From: a virus
IMG/VR virus record: IMGVR_UViG_3300037083_000054
Coordinates: 1-64,000 of that record
Strand: one strand, 5' to 3'
Length of the DNA: 64,000 nucleotides
This document shows, one piece after another, positions 10,222 to 20,634 of the stretch. The first letter of the stretch is position 1. Each line of letters starts with the position of its first letter. A program made the translations under genes and the position numbers. The notes under the pieces are model-generated. The model was given only the letters and a program-made list of their open reading frames with translations, was not told the origin of the DNA and searched no databases.

Positions 10222-10724
10222 CAAAATGCGAAGTCACGCAGGATGAGATGAAGGCGATTCTGGCGAATCCGTCGCTGCTGAACCGTGTCGGAATAGCGAA
10301 AAATAAATCAGCGACTGATGTTCTCAAACAAGAGAAAATGAACCAAAGTGCTGCCAATCTTGAAGTCAAGGCATTATCGAAATCAGAAGGCCGTTACGGA
10401 AAACGGCACGTTGACGGGGAAATGAATCGGACGGAGGAATCGTATGCCGTTCGTCTAGAAGAACGTCGGTTGAAGGGTGAGATTCTTGGTTGGTGGTTCG
10501 AGGCAGTGACGTTTAAATTCGCGGAGGATGCTCGATTCAAAGGCGACTTTCTGGTACTTCTGGCCGATCTCACAATTGAAATCGTGGACGTAAAAGGAAG
10601 CGGCCCAATCAATGAGGCATCCACCGTGCGAGCGAAAGCGTGTGCGGATAAATTCTGGTTTCTGACGTTTGTTCAGGAAAAGAAACTGCCGAAAAATGCG
10701 GGTTGGGAACGAAAGGTATTTTGA
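10161..10724 (+). CDS. PD-(D/E)XK endonuclease (DUF1064-like); start uncertain
   Basis: MNRTEESYA..LE...WWFEAVTFK...GDFLV...IVDVKG. Confidence 0.7.
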   Translation: MRSGNGRVSSDEGRTVRKPLTKCEVTQDEMKAILANPSLLNRVGIAKNKSATDVLKQEKMNQSAANLEVKALSKSEGRYGKRHVDGEMNRTEESYAVRLEERRLKGEILGWWFEAVTFKFAEDARFKGDFLVLLADLTIEIVDVKGSGPINEASTVRAKACADKFWFLTFVQEKKLPKNAGWERKVF

Positions 10725-10913
10725 TAATGGAGATCCAAGATAATCAGAATCCGCCAATCCTGAATCGAATTTTCAAACAGCTTCGTGACGGGAAAACTCG
10801 TTCATGGCATATCAAAAATGATCTATGTCCGGAATGCGGTGGCGAACTTGATACTGGTTGGGAGTGTAATGATTGCGGATTTGACGCCATGCCAGAAGTG
10901 GAGCAAATGAGGA

Positions 10914-11177
10914 ATGATCAACGATAATAAAACACTTGGGGAACTGCTCTTCGACAGTTTGTACGGAGTCGACATCCTTGACCGTTCCATTGAACGCAAT
11001 GGATGGATCGGAACCTATGAGGACGATAAAGCGACATTCGAAGCCGCAGCGAAAACGATTCAAGAGCGAGTGATGGATCGGGTCTGGAAAGCGATCGGAA
11101 TCTGTTCGGATACTTTGGATGATGACGAAAGCGGAGCATGTCTAAGACGACTTCAGGAGGCATTAAAAGATGAGTGA
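10914..11177 (+). CDS. Small phage protein ((T/S)LG(Q/E) family)
   Basis: KTLGELLF N-terminus shared with 11170, 28276, 33055, 33859 ORFs. Confidence 0.6.
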   Translation: MINDNKTLGELLFDSLYGVDILDRSIERNGWIGTYEDDKATFEAAAKTIQERVMDRVWKAIGICSDTLDDDESGACLRRLQEALKDE

Positions 11178-11430
11178 CAAGAAATCCCTGGGCCAGCTTG
11201 CTTTCGAAGCGTGGGCTGAATGGCACATTCGAGAAGATCGAGAATGGAGAGATCTTTCAAGCACTGAGGAAACGATTTGGGATTCGACAGCTGGTGCCGT
11301 CCAGGAGGCAGTAATCGAGTCAGTCATCGAGGAAATCATGTCTCTGCGACAGGAGTTTGCAGCGAACGGGTCCTTTGACGGTTGCGATGCATGCATGCGA
11401 CTGTTGCAAAAGATTCGCGATGAGAATTAA
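11170..11430 (+). CDS. Small phage protein ((T/S)LG(Q/E) family)
   Basis: KSLGQLAFEAW...WRDLS; AGGAGG upstream. Confidence 0.6.
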   Translation: MSDKKSLGQLAFEAWAEWHIREDREWRDLSSTEETIWDSTAGAVQEAVIESVIEEIMSLRQEFAANGSFDGCDACMRLLQKIRDEN

Positions 11431-11761
11431 TTATTGTGGGAACATATTGAACAAGGGGCTATCAGATGAATGAGTGTCGGCCACAGTCGGCTACGATATT
11501 GTGCGGGTGTATATGCGGCATGATATTAATTTTCCTGATTGCTTGGATTGATGCGTCAGTGAGTGGGTCTAGTATTGTGTGCGCCCAAGTCACACCGCTG
11601 AAATCCGATAGCCATACAAAATTATCTCGTTTCCGAGTGCGATCTCTCGGAAACGAATGGACGGCGGAAGATTGGAGTTTCGACAAAACCGGCGGATTTC
11701 TGGAATTCAAGTCGAGAGGGAAATGGGTCTATCTCCATGCGGATTTTGTCATTGAGGAGCA

Positions 11762-12118
11762 ATGATGAAAGATCCCACATTTGCCCCGTCCTATTGCTGT
11801 CTCTATCCGAAACTAGCGGCGATTGCTCGATCGCATGGCTATGCCTTGGCGGTTCACGGATCATTACAACGTGATTTCGATCTCGTCGCTGTTCCTTGGA
11901 CGGAAACCGCTTTAGATGCCAGAACGCTCTACGAAGCGATTGCGAATGAATGCTCGCATGACGGGCCGAGCGAATCCGCCAAATTTGTGGATGGGCAATG
12001 GGTTTCCGTCGATCTGCGAGAACCGGAATTGAAACTGCACGGCCGATTGTGTTGGACGATTATTTTGCATCATACGGCCTTCATTGATCTATCGGTAATG
12101 CCGCGAGTTAGTCAATAA
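11762..12118 (+). CDS. Conserved phage protein with nucleotidyltransferase-like GS..RDxD motif
   Basis: GYALAVHGSLQRDFDLVAVPW; GAGGAG RBS. Confidence 0.6.
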   Translation: MMKDPTFAPSYCCLYPKLAAIARSHGYALAVHGSLQRDFDLVAVPWTETALDARTLYEAIANECSHDGPSESAKFVDGQWVSVDLREPELKLHGRLCWTIILHHTAFIDLSVMPRVSQ

Positions 12119-12126
12119 TTAGCCGC

Positions 12127-12426
12127 ATGAAACTCACTGAACTAGAGCCGCGATGGATTCATCCGAACTTGTTCGTTTTCCGATGTCCTCATTGCCAAAA
12201 TGTCTGGCTGACATGCAAGAATATCCCAATGACACGGCAGGAATCGTGGGAGATCCTGAAAGCTGGATTGGGAGACGACTGGAACGAAATCGTCGTTCCG
12301 CCAAAACCGGAGTTCGCTTGGTCGATTGACCGGCCAGACTTCGAGACAATGAACGTAACACCATCGATTGATGCGAGTGCGTCAGGTCACTGGCACGGAT
12401 TCATCAGAAATGGGGAGATTTGCTGA
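12127..12426 (+). CDS. DUF6527-like protein
   Basis: FRCPHC...VTPSIDAS..GHWHGFIRNG. Confidence 0.65.
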   Translation: MKLTELEPRWIHPNLFVFRCPHCQNVWLTCKNIPMTRQESWEILKAGLGDDWNEIVVPPKPEFAWSIDRPDFETMNVTPSIDASASGHWHGFIRNGEIC

Positions 12427-12506
12427 AATCCTGAACCCCGATTGTTCATAATCCCATTTTTCAGTATGCTTTCGACACGAAACTCGGAGCGGCAATGACA
12501 GCCGCC

Positions 12507-12527
12507 ATAAATAAGCGACTTATTTAT
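12507..12527. promoter_or_regulatory. Palindromic operator copy 1
   Basis: ATAAATAAG-CGA-CTTATTTAT upstream of the membrane/peptidase/virion block. Confidence 0.75.
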
Positions 12528-12569
12528 CTCTGGATGAAGACATCCAATTTAGATGCGAGGGGATGGAGC

Positions 12570-13085
12570 ATGACGCGGAACAAGTTATTGTTGATTTCTC
12601 TGATCGGGGCTGCAATCTGTGGCTCGCTGCTATTCGTTATCTCGGACGCAACGGTCGTGCCGTTAGTGGCCAAAGGAGCCGGTCCGGGCGGCGTGCAGGT
12701 GACGACTCCGGGCTGGGCGTCATTTGTGGTGACACTGCTTGGGACGCTCGGTTTCACCAGTTCCAGTTTTATTCTGTGGATTGTGGGACACATCAAGTTT
12801 CCTGCTGGCGTCATCCCGTCGTCGGGACAGTCGGTCGCTCCAACGAGTTCTCCATTACCTGAATTGGCTCAATCGTTCGCGGCTTATATGGCGGACAAAA
12901 CGAATCGAGCGGCTCAGCGTCGATTTGTGTTCGCTCTGATTGACTCGGCCAGCCTGATTCAAGGCGTCACGACCTCGCACGAGAACGGCGTGATTGTGTT
13001 CAAATACAGCGGGTATGCCGATCCGACACCGCCTGCGGCTCCAGTTGCTCCGGCTGTTCCTGCTGCCCCAGTCGCGGGAGCATAA
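12570..13085 (+). CDS. Membrane protein
   Basis: Two hydrophobic segments and Pro/Ala tail; GGAG RBS. Confidence 0.6.
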   Translation: MTRNKLLLISLIGAAICGSLLFVISDATVVPLVAKGAGPGGVQVTTPGWASFVVTLLGTLGFTSSSFILWIVGHIKFPAGVIPSSGQSVAPTSSPLPELAQSFAAYMADKTNRAAQRRFVFALIDSASLIQGVTTSHENGVIVFKYSGYADPTPPAAPVAPAVPAAPVAGA

Positions 13086-13088
13086 CCA

Positions 13089-13445
13089 ATGATTAAAAAG
13101 ACGTTTTTCGTTGTTCTGATCGCACTGCTCTTGTGCGGTTGCGGTCCGCTCTCGGTCCCGACCGGCGATACGAATCCATCGACTCCCATCGGCAAGGAAA
13201 CCGTCTGGTCTGATATTGCGAGCTATGTCGATGGCAAGGATCTGCAAGGCAACGCATTGTCGAATATGAAGGGCATTGATCTGATCCCCGATTCCGAATC
13301 GTTAGAACTGATCGTCAAGCGACTCCGGCAAGTCGGTGAAATCGACGACAATGGCAAGGATTCGTTTTACAAAGCGTTTCCGGGGATTGATACAAAAGTC
13401 AGGCCTCTGACGCCTGATGACGCAAAAACGTTGCGAGGAATGTGA
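13089..13445 (+). CDS. Lipoprotein
   Basis: Signal peptide with lipobox-like LLLCGC. Confidence 0.7.
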   Translation: MIKKTFFVVLIALLLCGCGPLSVPTGDTNPSTPIGKETVWSDIASYVDGKDLQGNALSNMKGIDLIPDSESLELIVKRLRQVGEIDDNGKDSFYKAFPGIDTKVRPLTPDDAKTLRGM

Positions 13446-13802
13446 CGTGCTTACCTACTCGGAAGTCCTCTGGAATGCGAATGCTGTTTCGTTGTTCTGT
13501 GCGATTGTCGGCGGCGTGATTTTGATTGTGGTCGCGGAATTGATTTTCGGTGCCAATGAGTGGCGGGATAAGTAATGCTCCTACAATTGCATCGCCAAAA
13601 GCGAGCCGATCTGAACAAGACAGAAATTGTTGCTCAGTGCGATCCAAATCAGATTCCATTCGTGTCGAAGGAATGGAAGGCCAATACTCTCCATGAGTGG
13701 ATCAAGTCAGTTCAGTCTCGCCATGAAATAGCTGATGACGAAGTCTGGTTGTTGTGTGATGAGGATTCGCCGTACTTTGTTCGAGCGGCTGGAGAGTAAA
13801 CG

Positions 13803-15209
13803 ATGCCCACGAATTTTGGATGGACTTATTCTGCCACAAGAATTGACGATGCCAAAGGCCGCATTGCTGCTGCTGGTTTTCAGTTCTCTTATGCCGCTGA
13901 TCGTCCGTCGATGTTGGGCTATTGGAAGCGACGACAAGCGGCGGGGATTCACTGGATTGCGGCCCAAGATGATGAGATGAAACTGAATGGAAAATGGCGT
14001 GATCCGAACAATCAGGCACGCGGAACCTGCCATCCAGCGGGCGTTATGATTTTGATGGCGGACAAAACCGAGAAGCCCATCCAGGAAGTTGTGATCGGCG
14101 ATCGCGTTTTGAGTCATACCGACGAATCACGTCGAGTGTCTGATATTGGCGTGAGAAAATATAGCGGCGATTTACTTTCGTTTGATGCGGTTGAGTCTGG
14201 CAGATGCTGCATTGTGACTCCAGATCATTTAATCGCTCACTTTCCGGGGCTTGCCGGAGCATGGCTTCGTCCTGAATTTGCTCCGGCCTACAAAATCGAG
14301 ACCGGCAATCGAATCGGCACGTTAACAGCCAATAAATCGGAATCAAATCTGAGTCGATCGTTTGATCGAGTAAAAATGGCAAGCTTCGCGAGAGTGACGG
14401 GATGCAGTGTCCATAGTATCGAAGTGGAAGCGGATCACACTTACTATGCCAATGGAATGCTTGTTCATAATTGCGTGGGCCAAGGCTCGTCGCGTGCCAT
14501 TGAAGATGTGATTAACTCGCGAATCGTCGATGGCGAGATTATGGGCGAATCGCAATTGGTTGCGTTTGAGCCTATGTACGGTTTTGAGCGAAATACGCGA
14601 TGGCAAAAGACGCATCCATTTGGTTGTCGATGCGGCAATTGTCCAGATGGTTTGGCTGGAGCCGATGCCGCCGCATTTTATTCACAGCATGGATATCTGA
14701 AACGCGATGTCTACGGGTCTATTGATCTCAGCCAACCGCAAGAACATTTCGCCATTGACTGGAACAACTCTGGCGTTCCGGGTGATGTACTGAACGCATC
14801 GACAGGACATCAGGTTCAATGCCATTCCTCAGACTCGTGGGATGAATATGCGGATGCCATCGCCTCAAAGGATTGGGGACACATTTGCCTTCCAAAAGTC
14901 TTCGGCTATTCGCGAGTGATTGTCGGTCCCTATGGAACGGTTGAGCCGGATACCGATGCGGGCCATGATACGGAGTGCGTAGGATGCTGCACATTACCGA
15001 GCAACGAGACGGCCTTCCTGATTCAAAATTCGTGGGGACTGGGTGTCAAATATCCGCCATCAATTCAAGTGCTCAACGGCAATGGAGCGACTGTCAGCAA
15101 ACAAATGCGTCCTGGCTCCTACGCTGTTCGACAGAGCGTATTGGAAGGATTAGGCAATGCCGCTGAACGCATCAGTTGCGACATTCAAGGATCGAGTGTT
15201 TTTCGATAG
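13803..15209 (+). CDS. Papain-like (C1) cysteine peptidase precursor containing an intein
   Basis: After splicing NQARGT|CVGQG (oxyanion Q, catalytic C); GHDTECVG (His); IQNSWG (Asn). Confidence 0.8.
   Translation: MPTNFGWTYSATRIDDAKGRIAAAGFQFSYAADRPSMLGYWKRRQAAGIHWIAAQDDEMKLNGKWRDPNNQARGTCHPAGVMILMADKTEKPIQEVVIGDRVLSHTDESRRVSDIGVRKYSGDLLSFDAVESGRCCIVTPDHLIAHFPGLAGAWLRPEFAPAYKIETGNRIGTLTANKSESNLSRSFDRVKMASFARVTGCSVHSIEVEADHTYYANGMLVHNCVGQGSSRAIEDVINSRIVDGEIMGESQLVAFEPMYGFERNTRWQKTHPFGCRCGNCPDGLAGADAAAFYSQHGYLKRDVYGSIDLSQPQEHFAIDWNNSGVPGDVLNASTGHQVQCHSSDSWDEYADAIASKDWGHICLPKVFGYSRVIVGPYGTVEPDTDAGHDTECVGCCTLPSNETAFLIQNSWGLGVKYPPSIQVLNGNGATVSKQMRPGSYAVRQSVLEGLGNAAERISCDIQGSSVFR
14028..14471 (+). 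mobile_element. Mini-intein (148 aa, no homing endonuclease)
   Basis: Block A CHPAGVMILMAD..EKPIQEV, block B TPDH, block F/G SIEVEADHTYYANGMLVHN followed by +1 Cys. Confidence 0.92.
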
Positions 15210-15229
15210 TCAAATTATAAGGACGTCAA

Positions 15230-17035
15230 ATGTCTTTCAAATTCTCCGATAAAGTCTGCTGGAAATGTCAGGATGCCGTCGTGCATGTGCATGGACCCAA
15301 TTGCAGTGAATGCGGTTCGTCGGTCCCGAAGCCGATGCTGACATGGCGATTGCTCGTTTTGATATTGGCAGTTCTTGGGTTTGTCCTACTGTCTGCGATC
15401 GCGATCTTTGCGGGACCGAAAGAACATGTTGCGATTGCCGAAGCGATTGTCTATGCCGCCAAACACAAGCGGCCTGCATTGCAATCGGACACCTTCCAAT
15501 CGAAACCATCTACGGAAGTGGGCGAAGTTCCGTTGCCGATTGATGAGATCCCGAGTCCTACGCCGATTGAAATAATTCAACCGGTTCCCGCCGAAGAACC
15601 AAATCCGCAGCATCCGATTGTTGCGGTTCTGCAAGATGAATTGGAGACGGCGAAAGAGAAATTGAATGCGGCGAATTATCGAATCATGGAATTGAAGCTG
15701 GCCAATTCCGATGCCGGGAAATTCGAACTGGTGACGCTGAATTTGTGCGATGGAAAAGTCTGCGTGGTGGTCGAAGGGGACATTGTCAAAAGGACCACTA
15801 AAACGACTCTGATCGCTATTCCGGAAGGCGTTCTCAAGGAAGTGACTGGCGTTCCGGTCATCACTGTTCAGAATGCCGGAGAAGCCTATCTCGCCCATCA
15901 AATCGAGTCGATGGACGGAATGGCATTGTTTCAAGTCGACGAGCCGATCGGGACACCAAAAGACACTTCCGGGACCGTGATCGCTCAGCAAAGGTCGTCC
16001 TCCCCTTTGTTGGGTTTGCCGTCCGGTCTCGGAAGTCTTTCGGCTCCGATGCGATTAGAGATTCCGGCGATGGTTGCACAGCCGATTACTCATACGGCCA
16101 TCGAAGCGACGACCTATGTGAGTGAAGGATGTGCTCCGTGTCATTGGATGCAAAAAGCGAATGGTCCGGGAGATAGTCGCGTTCATTTCACCTATTCGAA
16201 TGCGGCCCCTCCGAAGATCTTCGTTCAGCGAGGTCGACGATATGTGCCCGAAGATATCGGCATCAACCCCGTGACATTCTGGCAAGACGGTGACGGAGGA
16301 TTGCGATATCACGTTGGCTTGGCGACGACCGATGAAATCTATGCGAAGATCTGCGATGGTCGGAATTCGCCGCCTGCCGAAGTGCATCAAGGCTATGCGG
16401 CGACGGGAGGAGCGGGAGCGATTCACGCTCGGAATGGCATTCAAAAGTTCGCAGCGATTTTGCGACAGCGAATCGGCGAAGGGAATCACATCGCGGGATT
16501 GTGGGATCGGTCCGAAGCGAAACTGAATCTGTTCGCGGCAAAAGACTTCGGATTGAAAGACTGGATCGGGCGTCAAGGGCGATTGCAGATTGACGCCCCG
16601 AATGCGATTGGACTACCGGTCAAGACAATGGCAATTAGCTATGACATCGTTGGAGATCGCATCTTTCTCGATGCGGAACGATTCGGATTGGAATTAAGCC
16701 TGTTGACTCCGAAGCAAGGCTATGGAGCGGCCCCGGCTCAATTCGTGGTTCTCGACGATGCTCTATTCATCTATTCGGTCGTGCAATTGATGGAGGCGAT
16801 TTGGGGGCTTTTGCATCCGAGTGCCGATATTATTTTGCCCGATCAGATTTCGTGGGATTGTGTGCTGAATGGCGACACGATCACAATCACATTTGATAAG
16901 TCTCCGAGTATTTGTCTCAAATGGCTCATGACGTTCAATCTGGCAGTGAAAAAGGTCGTGATTACGGATTCGAATATCCACGTCGAGTTTAGTGGTTCTC
17001 GTTGGATCAAGAGCCGCGATTTTGATGTGAAATAA
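15230..17035 (+). CDS. Membrane-anchored protein with N-terminal Zn ribbon and thioredoxin-like CxxC
   Basis: CWKC..CSEC, TM helix, GCAPCHWM. Confidence 0.6.
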   Translation: MSFKFSDKVCWKCQDAVVHVHGPNCSECGSSVPKPMLTWRLLVLILAVLGFVLLSAIAIFAGPKEHVAIAEAIVYAAKHKRPALQSDTFQSKPSTEVGEVPLPIDEIPSPTPIEIIQPVPAEEPNPQHPIVAVLQDELETAKEKLNAANYRIMELKLANSDAGKFELVTLNLCDGKVCVVVEGDIVKRTTKTTLIAIPEGVLKEVTGVPVITVQNAGEAYLAHQIESMDGMALFQVDEPIGTPKDTSGTVIAQQRSSSPLLGLPSGLGSLSAPMRLEIPAMVAQPITHTAIEATTYVSEGCAPCHWMQKANGPGDSRVHFTYSNAAPPKIFVQRGRRYVPEDIGINPVTFWQDGDGGLRYHVGLATTDEIYAKICDGRNSPPAEVHQGYAATGGAGAIHARNGIQKFAAILRQRIGEGNHIAGLWDRSEAKLNLFAAKDFGLKDWIGRQGRLQIDAPNAIGLPVKTMAISYDIVGDRIFLDAERFGLELSLLTPKQGYGAAPAQFVVLDDALFIYSVVQLMEAIWGLLHPSADIILPDQISWDCVLNGDTITITFDKSPSICLKWLMTFNLAVKKVVITDSNIHVEFSGSRWIKSRDFDVK

Positions 17036-17497
17036 TAGGACGGTGGAAATGTCTCTTTCTATTTCTGAATATTCTAAGCAGTCGATGGATTGGGTTTATC
17101 TCGGCGATAATGCGGACGGCAACGGTATCTGCTGGCGAATCACCATTCGCGACAATCGGTATTTCATCCATGATGCCGATGACAATCTGATTGTTGGTGA
17201 TGGAAAATTGCCGTCGAACGATTCGATGTCGCTGAAAATGACATGGGTTGCTTATATGGCCCGCATGGTCTTCGACGAATTTGAAATGTTCCGCACAAAC
17301 CCCGAACCACAAGGCGAGTTTCGTTTCGGGAGGATCTATGAGGGCTCGCTGGAATCTGTCGCAATGGATCATTAGTATGTCGCGGCCACATCGCCCCGGA
17401 TATCCGTTGCTCGTCGTGTTTTGGTTTGCTTGTGCATTGTTGACCGTGTCTGTGTTCTTTATTCGAATCACTTACCGAAATCACAGAGGAGAAAATC

Positions 17498-17782
17498 ATG
17501 GGAATTTTGACCAGCCTATCCACCGAGATCGAGAAATTGAACCCGGCGAATATGGTGGCGGAAATTGAATCGCTGCAAGCGGATTTGCAATCGGCCTTAA
17601 GTCGGGTGGCCACGCTGGAATCGAGTGTCGCCTCCACGGCGGCAACAGTTGGTCCGATGCTTCTCTCGATCGAATCCGCGATTCCGGGAGTGCCTGCGGA
17701 AGTGGGAACGGTCTTGACGACGGTACTGGCGGCATTGAAGGCACTGACTCCTGCGGTTCCCGCAGCAGTCGCAACGAAGTAA
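17498..17782 (+). CDS. Small Ala-rich coiled-coil protein
   Basis: GAGGAG RBS; helical composition. Confidence 0.6.
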   Translation: MGILTSLSTEIEKLNPANMVAEIESLQADLQSALSRVATLESSVASTAATVGPMLLSIESAIPGVPAEVGTVLTTVLAALKALTPAVPAAVATK

Positions 17783-17830
17783 TCATGACCGATCATTCCT
17801 CGTTTACACACAGGAAGGCGGTGATCCTAA

Positions 17831-18223
17831 GTGACGCAACAGGGCAGTCTCTCGCAATGGGCGATCGACTGGATTAATTGGTTAGTCGGCGAAGACAAGT
17901 CCTTACAAAGTCAATTGACTGCATTCGGAACTCGAATCGCCGCATTGGAGACGAAGCAAATGGCGACAGATCAGTTTGTGACCGATTTAACGACGGCTTA
18001 TGCAACCTTGTCCGCAGGCATTACGGCCTACCAAACGGCGGCGACCGCCTCGATTACGGCCCTGCAAAGCCAATTGACGGCCTTGACGGCTCAGATCGAC
18101 AATATCCCCGGCGATACGACCGCCGTGGAGTCGATCGTCAGCGAAATGAACGCCTCGGCAGCGACCTTGGCCACGGCAACTGCGGCCTTGACGCCTGCCC
18201 CGGCTCCGGTTCCCTCCGCCTAA
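17831..18223 (+). CDS. Small Ala/Thr-rich coiled-coil protein (start uncertain, possibly 17960)
   Basis: Composition and GGAG before ATG 17960. Confidence 0.5.
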   Translation: MTQQGSLSQWAIDWINWLVGEDKSLQSQLTAFGTRIAALETKQMATDQFVTDLTTAYATLSAGITAYQTAATASITALQSQLTALTAQIDNIPGDTTAVESIVSEMNASAATLATATAALTPAPAPVPSA

Positions 18224-18336
18224 CGAGACGATCCCTTGGCCAAGGGACGATCCAAGGATGGATGAACCTGATCGGCGAAGAAGAAGTCGCACGCGCTACG
18301 GTCAGGTTTTTTCGTTTTCCGAGAGAAAATAATCCA

Positions 18337-18861
18337 ATGACGACTATCGAATTGATCTTGGGAGTTATCCCCAAAAGCCGTATCATCCGACCCATTGCGA
18401 AGAAGATTCACAGGGACGTGAACGATATGGGAACTCATGGCATGGAAGCGTTGCTTATCACTCTCGTCACGCTCGCGAGCGGATCGCAGATTTTAGCATC
18501 AATTACGCCCGGTGATCCGGATTTCGTCGCATCCACAATCTGCGGCGGCGGTGGTGTCTTGGGCGTCTTGATCGGCCTCAGTTGCTCATGGCCGAAAAAC
18601 GGTCAGGCAATGGCTCAAGAGATCTTCGGGAATTTGTCGTGTGCGATTGCCTTTGGCCCTTTATCGGCGCCTTGGTTCGCGGCGAGATTCAGTGTGGAGT
18701 CGCCGACATTTCAATGGTTTGTGGCCGTGGGTGCGGCATGGGGAATTATTGGACTGGCGATTGTTCGCGGCTTGCGATCGGACGCGGTCAGTCAGGCGAA
18801 ATGTGCGATTGCGGCTCAGTTCGGACTGCAAAAAGCGAAAGATGATGTTCCGCCGTCATAA
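18337..18861 (+). CDS. Multi-pass membrane protein, holin-like
   Basis: 3-4 hydrophobic segments, located in the late-gene block; start uncertain. Confidence 0.45.
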   Translation: MTTIELILGVIPKSRIIRPIAKKIHRDVNDMGTHGMEALLITLVTLASGSQILASITPGDPDFVASTICGGGGVLGVLIGLSCSWPKNGQAMAQEIFGNLSCAIAFGPLSAPWFAARFSVESPTFQWFVAVGAAWGIIGLAIVRGLRSDAVSQAKCAIAAQFGLQKAKDDVPPS

Positions 18862-18902
18862 ATCGGCATGATGCCATCAGTAGAAAATCAGGATGATGAT
18901 CC

Positions 18903-19397
18903 ATGGACGGACCAGCACTCAAATCTCTTATTGATGCCAATGCGTCATTTTTCACGCCCGCTGGTGCTGACGACATCCAGGCGGATGGATACGTCTCCAC
19001 GCAGCATTTGATCAATCTGTTGACAGGCTCTTATGGAACGGTTCCGAATTCGGTTCCGCAAGGCACGATCCCGGCTCCTGTCACGATTCTTCAGTTGATG
19101 CAGGCGGCTCCGACAACGCTGGTCGCTCTCGATAGCACAACGCTGATTGAGATTGCCGATTGCGTGAAGAGTCAAGATATTGCGGCCTTGACGACTTGGT
19201 CTCAGATCTTGGTCGCGAAGACGATCATGTCTTCTGCCGAGCATACCGCCGTGACAACATTGTTGTCTCAGACGGTGCCTGATCCGAATTGGTCGCCGAC
19301 GATGCCTGCTCCCTCGTTTCTGGCAGCGAATGGATATGGGACGGATTATTCGGGTGTGCGAGCCTTACTGCTTTCAGCACTTGGGAGAACAGCATGA
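18903..19397 (+). CDS. Putative virion structural protein
   Basis: Coupled run of genes leading to LamG and fibre genes. Confidence 0.5.
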   Translation: MDGPALKSLIDANASFFTPAGADDIQADGYVSTQHLINLLTGSYGTVPNSVPQGTIPAPVTILQLMQAAPTTLVALDSTTLIEIADCVKSQDIAALTTWSQILVAKTIMSSAEHTAVTTLLSQTVPDPNWSPTMPAPSFLAANGYGTDYSGVRALLLSALGRTA

Positions 19398-19846
19398 CTC
19401 AACCAACAGTCTTAGTCCTCGCCGGGTCGAGCTACTCCATGCAGACGACCGAGATGAACTCGCTCGCCAATGGTAGCGGCGTGATTTCCTCTGTCGGCGG
19501 TTCGTCCGGACTCTTCAGTTCAACGCAGACTCAAAACTATCAATTCATGGACTTGTCGTTGAAGCTGCCGACCATGACAGCGATGACGGCTAATAACATA
19601 ATTTCAATTTGGTTTGTGCGAGAAGTGGACGGAACGAATGTGGAAAACGGAACTCCACCTAATCGTGCTCCCGATGCGATTTTAGTTTGTACGGCAACAA
19701 CAACCGCGTTTCTTCAGGCGATTGGCGTACCAACTCCGCCTGAATCGTTCAAAGTCTATTTGTTAAATAACAGCGGACAGTCATTTGTTTCCAGCGGATG
19801 CATTCTGACGGCCCTTCCTTGGACTTATACGATTCCAACACAATGA
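19394..19846 (+). CDS. Putative virion structural protein
   Basis: ATGA coupling on both sides; beta-rich composition. Confidence 0.55.
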   Translation: MTQPTVLVLAGSSYSMQTTEMNSLANGSGVISSVGGSSGLFSSTQTQNYQFMDLSLKLPTMTAMTANNIISIWFVREVDGTNVENGTPPNRAPDAILVCTATTTAFLQAIGVPTPPESFKVYLLNNSGQSFVSSGCILTALPWTYTIPTQ

Positions 19847-20634
19847 CAGTTACTTATTCACAAGCGTTGCAGAAATCTTGGCGATACCCCAATCTGTGGA
19901 ATGGGCGTGTATGGTCTGTATGTCCAACTTTACAAGGTGGAGGAAAAACTTTAATTGACTTTGCTGGCAATAATGCTGGCAATATGTCTTTAAATAATAT
20001 GAGTTGGAATCAATTCTATAACACAATAAATCCAACCGCTGCTACTTCTACTGCAATTGGATATGTTGGTGGTCCAGTTGGAAATTACGCCGCTCCATTT
20101 AGTATAGCATGTTGGTTTTATGTTTCAACACTTACACCTAGCGGCTATTTAATGATGTTAAATAACGCAGGAGTTACTACTGGTGCCAATTGGTTTGGCA
20201 TTTATACTAATTCTTCAAATGTTATTACGATTGGTATTGGAGTCGGCAGCGTTTACAGTGTAACTGGCGCAACGCTAACGGCAAATACATGGTATTGCGT
20301 AGTTGCAACCTTCAGTGCTACTAATGTAATGACTATGTATGTGAATGCAAATTCTGGCGGTACCGGTGGTGGCTCGCTTGTAGCTTCAACAGGAAATCTT
20401 AATCGTATATCGCTAGGCTGTTGGGGCGGGTACGGACTGCACGCTTATACAGGCGCATTATTTACAGATGCAGCAGTATGGAATCGAGTATTGTCTGCTG
20501 GCGAGGCACGTCAATTATATAGGCTTGGACCAACAGGCTCATATGCGCAACGGCCTCAACCATACAACTACGCGGCGGCAGTGGCATCTACCGGGGATTT
20601 ACTGTCCCTCAGACGCAGGAGAGTGCTCGCATGA
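19843..20634 (+). CDS. LamG/concanavalin A-like domain protein (putative receptor binding)
   Basis: FSIACWF, WYCVVATF...MYVN, DAAVWNRVLSAGEARQLY. Confidence 0.8.
   Translation: MTVTYSQALQKSWRYPNLWNGRVWSVCPTLQGGGKTLIDFAGNNAGNMSLNNMSWNQFYNTINPTAATSTAIGYVGGPVGNYAAPFSIACWFYVSTLTPSGYLMMLNNAGVTTGANWFGIYTNSSNVITIGIGVGSVYSVTGATLTANTWYCVVATFSATNVMTMYVNANSGGTGGGSLVASTGNLNRISLGCWGGYGLHAYTGALFTDAAVWNRVLSAGEARQLYRLGPTGSYAQRPQPYNYAAAVASTGDLLSLRRRRVLA

Noticed and set aside
12570-13445. Spanin pair
   Set aside because: Membrane protein plus lipoprotein order is suggestive, but the first lacks the long periplasmic coiled coil; left as generic calls.
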